DNA from: Candidatus Limnocylindrales bacterium
GTDB taxonomy: Bacteria; Chloroflexota; Limnocylindria; Limnocylindrales; CSP1-4
Assembly: GCA_038237595.1 (NCBI GenBank)
Contig: JBBRYO010000001.1
Span: 1 to 63,640 of the forward strand
Reading direction: 5' to 3'
DNA: 63,640 nucleotides
Part shown: in pieces, positions 48,185-57,000 of the stretch
Numbering within the stretch: the stretch's first letter is position 1
How the letters are laid out: each line of letters starts with the position of its first letter
Notes under the pieces: model-generated
What the model was told of the DNA's origin: nothing
The model's database searches: none
Seen by the model: only the letters and a program-made list of their open reading frames with translations
Position numbers and translations under genes: made by a program

Positions 48185-48775
48185 ATGCCCGCATCGAAAC
48201 TGCATAAGCCTTCGCACGACTGTATAGTCGGGAGCGTGGAACGAAGCAGCACGCAGCCAACCCGGACTACCGGCACGACGCGCACGGCGAAGCGCGATCG
48301 GCAACGCGCAATGCGCGAATTGGTTTCCCGCGTCCCGATTTCCAGCCAACAGGAGTTCACGGAGCTCCTCGCCGAGCGCGGCTTCGACGTCACCCAGGCA
48401 ACCGTGAGCCGGGACATCGCCGAGCTCGGTCTGGTCAAGGTCGTGCGCGCGGATCGCCACGTTTACGCCTCACCGGAGGATCTCGCCCCCACACAGGCCC
48501 GCTCAAACGAAGCCCTCCGGCGCCTCCTCCTGGACCTGCCGGTCACGATCCGGCGCTCCGGGTTGATCCTGCTGTTGATCTCGACACCCGGTACGGCCAA
48601 CGCCATCGCCCAGGCCATCGACGAGTCCGATCTCCGCGAGCAGGAGGGCACGCTTGCTGGAGACAACACGCTGCTGGTGCTCTTCGCCGACGAAGATCAG
48701 CTGTTGCGCTGGCAGGGACGCCTGGAACGCCTGCGCTCGGCCGAGAGCGTTGCCACGGCAGGGCCGCTGTCATGA
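48185..48775 (+). CDS. argR: Arginine repressor
   Basis: ISSQQEFTELLAERGFDVTQATVSRDIAELGLVKV is the winged-helix domain. C-terminal oligomerisation/arginine-binding domain ...GTLAGDNTLLVLF. Start uncertain (ATG 48185 or GTG 48236). Confidence 0.88.
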   Translation: MPASKLHKPSHDCIVGSVERSSTQPTRTTGTTRTAKRDRQRAMRELVSRVPISSQQEFTELLAERGFDVTQATVSRDIAELGLVKVVRADRHVYASPEDLAPTQARSNEALRRLLLDLPVTIRRSGLILLLISTPGTANAIAQAIDESDLREQEGTLAGDNTLLVLFADEDQLLRWQGRLERLRSAESVATAGPLS

Positions 48776-49512
48776 CCGCATCCGCGAACGAGCGTCGCGC
48801 CAACGCCGCGTCCTCCGCTGCCGCTGATTCGCTCAAGATCCTGGTGGTCGACGACGAGCCGGCCATGGTTGGCGCGTTGGGAGCGCTGCTCGGCCAGGCA
48901 GGACACCGGATCATCGCCGCATACGACGGCGATGAGGCACTGCGCCGCTTCCGGGCAGATGCGCCTGACCTCATCCTGCTGGACCTCGCCATGCCCGGCA
49001 TGGACGGCATCACCGTCTGCCAGCGCATCCGCGAAGACAGCGACACCCCCATCGTGGTGATCTCCGGCGAGCGCGACCGCGCGGCAACGGTCGAGCTCCT
49101 CGACGCGGGCGCCGACGACTACATCCGCAAGCCCTTTCGAGCGGACGAGCTGCTGGCCCGGGTCCGCGCGGTGATGCGTCGTCGCGTGGCTGCGCGATCC
49201 GCTGGAACGGCAAGCGCGGGCGGTCAGGTCGGCTCCGGCTGGGAGCTCGACATGCGCCGCCACGAAATCCGCTGGCAGGGTGCCGCGGTCCCTGCAACCA
49301 CCATCGAGTTCCGTCTCTTGCGCCTCCTGGTGGAGCGGCTTGGGGAACTGGTGCCGCACCGCGATCTCCTGGACGCGGGCTGGAACGACGTCCCGGACCC
49401 CGACCCGCTGTGGCTCAAGTCGCATGTCGCCCGGCTGCGAGACAAGCTCGTGGGTCTCGGTGCGCCGACGCCCGTGGCCGTGCGTGCGGTTGGATACCGG
49501 CTCGAGGAGTAG
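48772..49512 (+). CDS. Orphan OmpR-family response regulator, translationally coupled to argR
   Basis: ATGA overlap with the argR stop. KILVVDDE, DLILLDLAMPGMDG, DYIRKPF. Winged helix ...VRAVGYRLEE. No cognate kinase gene is adjacent. Confidence 0.9.
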   Translation: MTASANERRANAASSAAADSLKILVVDDEPAMVGALGALLGQAGHRIIAAYDGDEALRRFRADAPDLILLDLAMPGMDGITVCQRIREDSDTPIVVISGERDRAATVELLDAGADDYIRKPFRADELLARVRAVMRRRVAARSAGTASAGGQVGSGWELDMRRHEIRWQGAAVPATTIEFRLLRLLVERLGELVPHRDLLDAGWNDVPDPDPLWLKSHVARLRDKLVGLGAPTPVAVRAVGYRLEE

Positions 49513-49701
49513 GTCGGCCGGTCGCGGGTCGGTTACGGCCACCGGTCTCGGCGTGACCTCCGTGACACCGAACGCAGACCTTTACCGCACCGCCTTGGAA
49601 CCCCGTCGGGGCTGACCAGGCGCCGTCCCGGACATAGCCTCGATACAGGCCGGAAACCGGACTGTGCCCAATCCACCCGGCCCTGCACACGGAGACGATC
49701 C

Positions 49702-50928
49702 ATGCCGGAAATCAACGCAGGCGATACCGCGTGGCTGCTGATGGCGACCGCGCTGGTCATGGTGATGCTGCCCGGGTTGGCGCTGTTCTACGGCGGCCTG
49801 GTGCGCCGCAAGAACGTGCTGTCGACCATCATGCACAGCTTCTTCGGGCTGGCCATCGTGAGCGTGGTCTGGGTGCTGATCGGCTTCAGCCTTGCGTTCG
49901 GGCCGGACCTCAACGGCTGGGGCATCATCGGCGGGCTCGACTTCATCGGTTTCAACAACGTTGGCCTGACCCCGAACGTCGCCTACGCGGCGACCATCCC
50001 CTTCGTGCTGTTCGCATCGTTCCAGCTGATGTTCGCGGCGATCACGCCCGCCCTCATCACCGGAGCGTTCGCGGAGCGCAAGCGGTTCGGCGCGTTCGTC
50101 CTCTTCACCATCCTCTGGTCGATCCTGGTCTACTCCCCGATCGCCCACTGGGTCTGGGCGCCGGGCGGCTGGCTGCGCAACCTCGGCGCGATCGACTTCG
50201 CCGGCGGCACCGTGGTCCACATCAGCTCAGGCGTCTCAGCGCTGGTGGCGGCCATCCTCATCGGCAAGCGCGTGACAAACGGCGATCGCATGGAGCCGCA
50301 TGACGTGCCGATGACCGTGCTCGGCGCAGGGCTGCTGTGGTTCGGCTGGTTCGGGTTCAATGCCGGTTCCGCGCTCGCCGCCAACGGGCAGGCGGCGAAC
50401 GCACTGCTGGTGACCAACACGGCAGCCGGCGCCGCGACACTGACCTGGGTTCTGGCGAGCTACCTCCACAAGAAGAAGGTGAGCGTCACCGGAGCGGCCG
50501 CGGGAGCGGTTGCAGGACTGGTCGCCATCACTCCGGCGTCGGGCTACGTCACGGCGGGTGGTGCGGTGATCATCGGCCTGGCAGTCGGTGGGATCTGCTA
50601 CAGCGCCACACTGCTGCGGGAACGGATCAAGGTCGACGACGCCCTGGACGTCTTCGCGGTCCACGGCGTGGGCGGCGTGTTCGGCGCGCTCGCCACGGGC
50701 GTGCTGGCCGTGGGAGCGATCGGCGGAGCCAAGGGGGCCATTGATGGCAACTTCGGCCAGATCGGCATCCAGGCCGTCGCAGTTCTGGTGACCGTCGTCT
50801 TCTCGGCCATCTCGACATTCGTCATCGTCAAGGTCATCGAGGTCGTGCTCGGGCTGCGCGTCGACACCGCGTCCGAAGAGGTCGGGCTGGACCTCTCCGT
50901 GCACGGCGAGGCCGCCTATCAGATGTAG
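49702..50928 (+). CDS. amtB: Ammonium transporter AmtB
   Basis: 408 aa. AWLLMATALVMVMLPGLALFYGG, DFAGGTVVHISSG, DVFAVHGVGGVFG. Confidence 0.93.
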   Translation: MPEINAGDTAWLLMATALVMVMLPGLALFYGGLVRRKNVLSTIMHSFFGLAIVSVVWVLIGFSLAFGPDLNGWGIIGGLDFIGFNNVGLTPNVAYAATIPFVLFASFQLMFAAITPALITGAFAERKRFGAFVLFTILWSILVYSPIAHWVWAPGGWLRNLGAIDFAGGTVVHISSGVSALVAAILIGKRVTNGDRMEPHDVPMTVLGAGLLWFGWFGFNAGSALAANGQAANALLVTNTAAGAATLTWVLASYLHKKKVSVTGAAAGAVAGLVAITPASGYVTAGGAVIIGLAVGGICYSATLLRERIKVDDALDVFAVHGVGGVFGALATGVLAVGAIGGAKGAIDGNFGQIGIQAVAVLVTVVFSAISTFVIVKVIEVVLGLRVDTASEEVGLDLSVHGEAAYQM

Positions 50929-50980
50929 CTTCGTGATCGGGCAAGGCCACGCCCGGTGGCCCGTGCGAAGCTCGGCTTTC
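50927..50980 (+). terminator. Compound hairpin plus short T-tract immediately after amtB
   Basis: AGCTTCG...CGAAGCT outer stem enclosing GGCCAC-gcccg-GTGGCC, followed by CGGCTTTC. Confidence 0.5.
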
Positions 50981-51160
50981 ACTACCACATCGCGCGCGTT
51001 GACCGGCGAGTCCTCCGTTTGAGGGTTCGTCGGTTTGCGCACGAGCGCAACCGTTTCGCGACCAAACCCATACCTGCGCGGCACTGACCGTGGGAGGCGG
51101 CCGGCGGACACTGTCACCTCCACCAGTCTCGCCCGGTTTTCTGTTCCCCGGAGAATTGCG

Positions 51161-51457
51161 ATGTACGGAACGATCACCCAATGGCTGCCGCCGCCGGATC
51201 CATCCGGGCCGGTCAGCTGCGCAATCTGTGGCTGTCGCATGGTGGACGCGGAGGCGTTCGATGGGCCCGCCTGGCGCCACTTCCCATCGCTGCATCCCGG
51301 GCAGGACGCCCGCGGCTGCCGCACCGTCTGCGTCGACGATCTGCACGATAGAAGCGGTCGCGTGATCGAGGGCGCAACGGAGCGCGTTGCATTCCTCATC
51401 GACGACGGCATGGACGAGTCCCTCCTTCCAGCCCGCGGAGACGCCGCCGCGGCCTGA
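51161..51457 (+). CDS. Small Cys-rich hypothetical protein
   Basis: ATG 51161 behind GGAGA (residue 43 of ORF 51035..51457). 98 aa with CAICGC and GCRTVC, possible metal ligands. No recognisable family. Confidence 0.4.
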   Translation: MYGTITQWLPPPDPSGPVSCAICGCRMVDAEAFDGPAWRHFPSLHPGQDARGCRTVCVDDLHDRSGRVIEGATERVAFLIDDGMDESLLPARGDAAAA

Positions 51458-51481
51458 AGTTTCGCCCCGCCCCGCCGATAC

Positions 51482-51519
51482 GGAAAGAGACCCGCGGTTA
51501 CAAGCCGCGGGTCTCTTCC
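51482..51519 (+). terminator. 15-bp hairpin after the small Cys-rich ORF
   Basis: GGAAAGAGACCCGCGG-ttacaag-CCGCGGGTCTCTTCC. No T-tract follows, so terminator function is tentative. Confidence 0.4.
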
Positions 51520-51540
51520 TGTCTCCGGGGATCAGCGGCG

Positions 51541-51668
51541 GGGGCCGAGGGCCGTGGGGGGCCGTGGGGCGCGGAGGGCGCGGGGCGCGGAGGGCGCGGG
51601 GCGCGAAGGCCGCGGGGCGCGGAGGGGCGCGGGGCGCGGGGCGCGGAGGCCGCGGGGCGCGGAGGCCC
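51541..51668 (+). repeat. G-rich tandem repeat, about eight units of a 16-nt motif GCGGGGCGCGGAGGGC
   Basis: Read directly from lines 51541-51661. Units degenerate at both ends. No unique spacers, so it is not a CRISPR array. Lies about 50 nt upstream of the XRE-like gene. Confidence 0.85.
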
Positions 51669-51720
51669 AACTTCAAGATGACCCGGACGTAACCGGCGGG
51701 CAAGCGACGAGCACCACGAT

Positions 51721-52512
51721 GTGCTCATGGAAGATATGCGCGTCGCAGCGGCGTTCCGCGCCGTTCGGATCCGACGCGGGCTGCGTCAGTCAGACGTCGC
51801 TGAGCGGGCCGGCGTCCATCGCTCGACCGTTTCCCGGGTTGAGCGGGGGCACTTCGGGTCTCTGTCACTCGACGCCGTCCGTAGGATCGCTGCCGCGCTC
51901 GACGTGCGTGTCGAGCTGCTTCCCCGGTGGCGCGGCAGCGACCTGGATCGCCTGCTGAACTCGGCGCACTCGGCGCTTCATGAGTCGGTGGCGCGTTTCT
52001 TCGCCGGTCTGATCGGCTGGGACATCCTGCCCGAGGTCTCGTTCTCGATCTACGGAGAGCGCGGCGTGATCGACATCCTTGCCTGGCACGCCGCCAGCCG
52101 CAGCCTGCTGGTGATCGAACTCAAGACGGCGATCGTCGACGTCCAGGATCTGGTCGGTATGTTTGGTCGCAAGATGCGGCTCGCGGCGCGCGTTGCCCGG
52201 GAACGCGGTTGGGAGCCGTTGACCGTGAGCGGCTGGGTCATGGTCGCTGGGAGTCGCACCAATCGTCGTCGCGTGGCTGAGCACGCCACGATGCTGCGGT
52301 CGGCGTTTGGGACCGATCGCAAGACTCTGCGAGGGTGGCTGCTACGTCCAGCCGGGAGTGTCTCCGGGCTGACGTTTTGGACACACGCGCACCCAGGGCA
52401 CGCAAGTCGCGCCAGCGGCACCGTGAGGCGCGTCAGGCGCTCAGCGTCAGACTGGTCTGAGCGTGGGTCTCGGACGAAGGTGCCCCTCGGTGGGCCTCCA
52501 GCGATGAAATAG
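51721..52512 (+). CDS. XRE-family HTH fused to a PD-(D/E)xK nuclease-like domain
   Basis: N-terminus LRQSDVAERAGVHRSTVSRVERG is the HTH. Further on, ILPEVSF...GERGVIDILAW...SLLVIELKT gives an E...D...ExK arrangement typical of restriction-endonuclease-fold proteins. Start may be GTG 51721, ATG 51727 or ATG 51736. Confidence 0.6.
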   Translation: MLMEDMRVAAAFRAVRIRRGLRQSDVAERAGVHRSTVSRVERGHFGSLSLDAVRRIAAALDVRVELLPRWRGSDLDRLLNSAHSALHESVARFFAGLIGWDILPEVSFSIYGERGVIDILAWHAASRSLLVIELKTAIVDVQDLVGMFGRKMRLAARVARERGWEPLTVSGWVMVAGSRTNRRRVAEHATMLRSAFGTDRKTLRGWLLRPAGSVSGLTFWTHAHPGHASRASGTVRRVRRSASDWSERGSRTKVPLGGPPAMK

Positions 52513-52610
52513 TCGCCATACGTGCCGTCCACGCGCGTCTGTCACTCGTCGGAGGCGGCTTCCCGTGGGTCTCCTGCTGCCTCGGACGAGCAATCGGTGT
52601 CGGGGAAGGA

Positions 52611-52666
52611 GCGCATCCGAGCGAGCGGCGGGGGAAGGGGAAGCGGCGCATCCGAGCGAGCGGCGG
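52611..52666 (+). repeat. Tandem duplication (35-nt period) containing GCGCATCCGAGCGAGCGGCGG twice
   Basis: Identical 21-mers at 52611-52631 and 52646-52666, each preceded by GGGGAAGG. Intergenic, between convergent genes. Confidence 0.8.
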
Positions 52667-52683
52667 CGTCCGCGACGGCATGC

Positions 52684-53940
52684 CTACGAGGTCAGCGGCA
52701 GGTCGAGGACGAACTGGCTGCCGGCTGGGACGCGCGGCTCGACGTGGAGATCGCCCCCCATGACACGCGCAAGATGGCGTGCCGCGAACAGGCCGATGCC
52801 GGCGCCGCGCGGCGAATCGTCCAGCCGCACGAAGGGCTCGAAGATGCGCTCGCGCCACCTCAGGGGAATGCCCGGCCCGTCGTCCGTGATGGCCAGGAAC
52901 GCGCGCTCTTCCTGGCGCCAGCCGTAGATGTCGATGGTGCCGCCGGCCGGTGCGTACTTCGAGGCGTTCTCCAGGAGGTAGCCAAGCAGCCGCCGCAGCA
53001 TCTCGGACGAGCCGCGGGCCATGATCGGGCGCTGCAGGTAGGTGGTGGCCACGGTATGGCGGCGGAGGATCGGAGCAAGCTCCCTGGCGACCTCGTCGGC
53101 GACGGCGCAGAGGTCCACCGGCCCGAGTTCGAGAGGCGTGTTCGGGAAGACACGCAGGCTCTCGAGGATCGAGTCGACGGTGCGATCGATGCGGTCGACC
53201 TGTTCCAGCGCCTGGTGTTCCCACTCGGCGGCGTCCGGTTGCTCGGTCGCCTGGATCCGCCCGCCAAGCAGCTCGACGTAGGCGCGGACGACCGCCAGGG
53301 GCGTGCGCAGCGCGTGGGTCACGACCGCGATCAGGTTGGCGCGCGCCTCGTCGATGGCCCGAAGGCCCTCGATCTGTGCCTCGGCCTCGCGCTGGAGGCG
53401 GCCCTTTTCGACAAGCCCGGCGAGGAGCGCGGCGAGGGTCTCGAGGAAGCCGACATCGGCAGCGGTAAACGTGCGGCTTTCCACTGTCTGGACATTGAGG
53501 ACGCCAACCACCTGGTCGTCCCAGATGAGCGGCACCGAGCACATCGAGGTGAACTGCGCCTGGTCGACGCCGCGGATCCACGCGAACCTGGTGTCGTTGC
53601 GCACGTCGAACGACGTGATCGGTGCGCGGTCGCGGGCGGCGAGCCCGGTAATGCCCTGGCCCAGGACCAGGCGCGCCACTCCGATGGCGTCTCTGTCGAG
53701 GCCGTTGGTCGCTGCGAGCGTCACGCCGGTGCCGTCGCGGTCCATGAGGTATAGCGAGCAGACATCTGCCCGCGCGGCGGCCTTGGCGCCGTCGATGATG
53801 GTGACCATCAGCTCATCCCACGTCCGGGCGGTCGCCGCAAAATGGGCCACCTCGGCGAGGAACGTGAGCTCGTCGAGGCGTCGGGTCTCCGGGGATTGCG
53901 TTTCGGTGTCGACCATCGCGCTCGATGGTGGGCGTGGCAC
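52684..53940 (-). CDS. Soluble GAF-domain sensor histidine kinase (orphan)
   Basis: 418 aa. GAF (CSLYLMDRDGTGVTLAATNGL...SMCSVPLIWDDQVVGVLNV), H-box IAVVTHALRTPLAVV, and ATP-binding boxes NASKYAP and GAGIGLFAARHLA. No TM segment and no adjacent regulator. Confidence 0.85.
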   Translation of the reverse strand: MPRPPSSAMVDTETQSPETRRLDELTFLAEVAHFAATARTWDELMVTIIDGAKAAARADVCSLYLMDRDGTGVTLAATNGLDRDAIGVARLVLGQGITGLAARDRAPITSFDVRNDTRFAWIRGVDQAQFTSMCSVPLIWDDQVVGVLNVQTVESRTFTAADVGFLETLAALLAGLVEKGRLQREAEAQIEGLRAIDEARANLIAVVTHALRTPLAVVRAYVELLGGRIQATEQPDAAEWEHQALEQVDRIDRTVDSILESLRVFPNTPLELGPVDLCAVADEVARELAPILRRHTVATTYLQRPIMARGSSEMLRRLLGYLLENASKYAPAGGTIDIYGWRQEERAFLAITDDGPGIPLRWRERIFEPFVRLDDSPRGAGIGLFAARHLARVMGGDLHVEPRVPAGSQFVLDLPLTS

Positions 53941-54073
53941 GCCGAACGGTCAACCGCGCCGCGACTCTCCACGCCCCTTGCGACCGAAGGGACACCCAGC
54001 CGCGACCGTCGAGGCGCTGACCCAGAACCGGCGCGACCGGTACCGTCGAACTCCCAACCATCGAGGACCTGGC

Positions 54074-57000
54074 ATGGCCCCCGGCGATCTCGCGTACCCG
54101 CTATACGACCCCCGATTCGAGCACGACGCCTGCGGCGTCGGGTTCGTCGCGGATGCCGGCGGGCGCTCGCGGCACCGGGTCCTGCCGCTGACCCTGACCG
54201 GCCTCGCGTCCCTCGGCCATCGCGGCGCGTTCGCCGCGGACGGGGAGTCGAGCGACGGCGCCGGCGTGGCACTCCCCCTGGAGCCGGCGCTTGTCCGGCA
54301 CCTCGCGCCCGGGTTCTTCGGCCGGCCCGGCGTCCTGATGCTCTTCCTCCCCGTCGATCCGGACGCCAACCTGGAGGCGCGGCGGCTGGTCGAGACCGCG
54401 CTCCGGACGGAAGGGCTCGATCCGGCGCTGTGGCGCGACGTTCCGGTCGATCCCGACGCGCTGGGCAGCCAGGCCCGTGGCTCGATGCCGGCGATCGCGC
54501 AGGTCATCGTGCCCGCGGTCGGGCCAACCCGGCTCGCCTTCGAGCGGAAGCTGCTGCTCGCGCGTCGGCGCATGGAGCTTGCGGCGGCCGAGGCGGAGGT
54601 CGAGGCGTTCGCGGTCGCCTCGGCCTCCTCGCGGACCGTCGTCTACAAGGGCCTCGTGTCCGGCGAGCGGCTGGGCGACTTCTACCTCGACCTGGGAGCG
54701 CCCAACCTGTCCCTGAGCCATGCGAACTTCCACCAGCGATATGCGACCAACACGACCCCGAGCTGGGGCCTTGCGCAGCCATTCCGGCTGATCTCCCACA
54801 ACGGCGAGATCAACACCGTGCGAGGCAATCGCGAAGAGCTCCGCGGGCGGCGCGCCCGGCTCGGTGGCGTCATGGGCGCCCAGCTCGCGGCGCTCGGCCC
54901 GCTTCTCACCGGACAGGGTTCCGACTCGCTCTCCCTCGACGAGACGCTCGACCTGCTGCTGGCCGCGGGCTGGCGGCTTGACGCGGCGCTCTTGCTGGCC
55001 ATTCCCGAGTCGACCGAAATGCGGGGCGAGGCGATCCCCGAGCTCGATGCCTTCCGGCGCCGAACGGCCGGCATGCTTTCACCGTGGGACGGCCCCGCGG
55101 CCATGGTCTTCAGCGACGGCCGCCGGGTCGGCGCGATGCTCGACCGCAACGGCCTGCGACCCGCAGCGGTCACGATCACCCACGATGGCCTCGTCGCCGT
55201 CGCGTCGGAAGCCGGTGCTGTGCCGATCACCGCTGCCGAGACCGCCGAGCGCCTGCGCCTCGGGCCTGGCGAGATGCTCGTGGTCGATCCCGCCCGCCGC
55301 TCCATCCATCGCGACGTGGTGGCCAAGTTGCTGGCGGCGCGCTCGGTCGGCGGTGGTGCGCGGCGCGCGAGCGCTCCCCGGACGACTTTCTTCGACGACG
55401 CGGCGGCCGCGCTCCCGGACCGCACCACGCCTCGCGGGCGCTGGCTGGCCGGCCTCGACGCTGAGCGGCAGCGCCTCGACATCAAGACCATGGCGCTCGA
55501 CGCCCACGAGCCGCTCTGGAGCATGGGCGACGATACGCCGACCCCTGCCCTGTCGCGCCTTGACCGCCCCGTCGCCGACCACCTGCGCCAATCGTTCGCC
55601 CAGGTGACGAACCCGGCCATCGATCCGGAGCGCGAGCGCATCGTCATGGACATGGCCGTCGAGCTCGGCCGCCGGCCACAGCTCCTGGGCCGCGTTCCCG
55701 CGCAGCCTCGCACGCTGCGCCTGCCGTCCCCGTTCGTCGTCGACCTGGCGGCGCTGAGGCGGTCCTTCGCGGGCGGACGAGGCGGCCCACGCCGCCGGCT
55801 GCGGACCCTCGACGCGACCTGGGATCCGGCGGAGGGCCGACTCGGACTGTCGGCCGCGCTCGGACGACTGGCGGACGAGGCTCGGCTTGCCGCCGCGGAT
55901 GGCGTCGAGCTGCTCATCACGTCGGACCGTGCCGTGGCCGGCGGCGATCGGCTTCCGATTCCATCCGTGCTTGCGGTCGGGGCCGTGCACACGGCACTGA
56001 CCGACGCCGGATTGCGCGGCGAGATTGACCTGCTCGTCGATGCCTCGGACATCCTCGACGTGCACGCCGCGGCGATGGCCCTCGCGTCCGGCGCCGGGGC
56101 CGTCGTCCCCTGGCTGGCCATCGAGCTGGCGGCAGAGCTGGCGGGCTCGCGCGGCGGCGAGACCCTCTCCGCCGTTGACACCATCACGAACCTCGTCCGT
56201 GCCCTCGAGAAGGGCCTGCGAAAGGTGCTCGCCCGCATGGGGATCAGCGCCGTCGCGTCCTACGCCGGCGGCCAGTTCTTCGAGATCCTGGAGCTGGCTC
56301 CGGAGGTGACCGTGCGTTGCTTCCCCGCGGCTCCCGCCTGGCCGGGAACGGTCGACTTCGCCGCGATCGCGGACCGGCAGCTGCGTCGCATGGAGGCCGC
56401 ATCAAAGCTGCCCTCCGGTGACCGCCTGCCCGACCCCGGCTTCGTGCGCTTCCGTGCCGACGGTGAGCACCACTTCTACGCGCCGACCATCGTCAAGGCC
56501 GTCCAGACGCTGTCCGGCGCGATCGAGGCCGAAGCCCCGGCCGACATGCCGCCCAGGGATCCGCTGGCGGCCTACCGCGAGAGCCTGAGCCGCTCCGCCG
56601 CCACCGTTCGGGACCACCTGGAGCTGCGCTCCAGGGACGCGCCCATCCCGCTCGACGAGGTGGAGCCCGCTGCGCCGATCCTGCGTCGCTTCGTTGGGGC
56701 GGCCATGAGCCTCGGCGCCCTCAGTCCCGAGGCGCACCAGGCGCTGACCATCGGCCTGCGGCGCATCGGCGCGGCGTCGAACAGTGGCGAGGGTGGCGAG
56801 GATCCCGCCTGGTATGACGACGGGCCCGACGGCATTCGGCATGACACGGCCATCAAACAGGTCGCCTCTGCCAGGTTCGGTGTCACAGCCACCTACCTTT
56901 CCCGCGCGGAGCAGCTGGAGATCAAGATCGCGCAGGGCTCCAAGCCCGGCGAGGGCGGGCAGCTTCCCGCGAAGAAGGTCACCCCGCTGATCGCGGCGCT

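Noticed and set aside
48120-48225. ARG-box-like sequences upstream of argR (TTGCATGAGCATGCG on the minus strand around 48127-48142; TGCATAAG at about 48200), suggesting autoregulation.
   Set aside because: The arms are imperfect and the spacing differs from the clean argF/argG boxes. The second element may lie inside the argR coding sequence, depending on the true start.
49513-49701. GlnR-type (gTnAc-N6-GaAAc) or other nitrogen-regulator boxes upstream of amtB.
   Set aside because: Only isolated partial half-sites occur (GTTAC, GTGAC, GGAAAC), without the required spacing. This is not distinguishable from chance by eye.
51541-51668. Possible CRISPR array (regular short repeats).
   Set aside because: The repeats are directly tandem with no unique spacers, the units are only 16 nt, and there are no cas genes in the window.
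53303-54073. N-terminal extensions of ORF-track entries (gltB 53303-54073, korB 10096-10596, dapD 40005-40829, argC 29573-30292, argG 34583-34795, EamA 17453-18514, cyclase-STAND 18307-18618, ptsI 21371-21640).
   Set aside because: The extensions are compositionally nonsense and overlap neighbouring genes on the other strand. Internal starts give family-typical N-termini with Shine-Dalgarno sites or start-stop overlaps.
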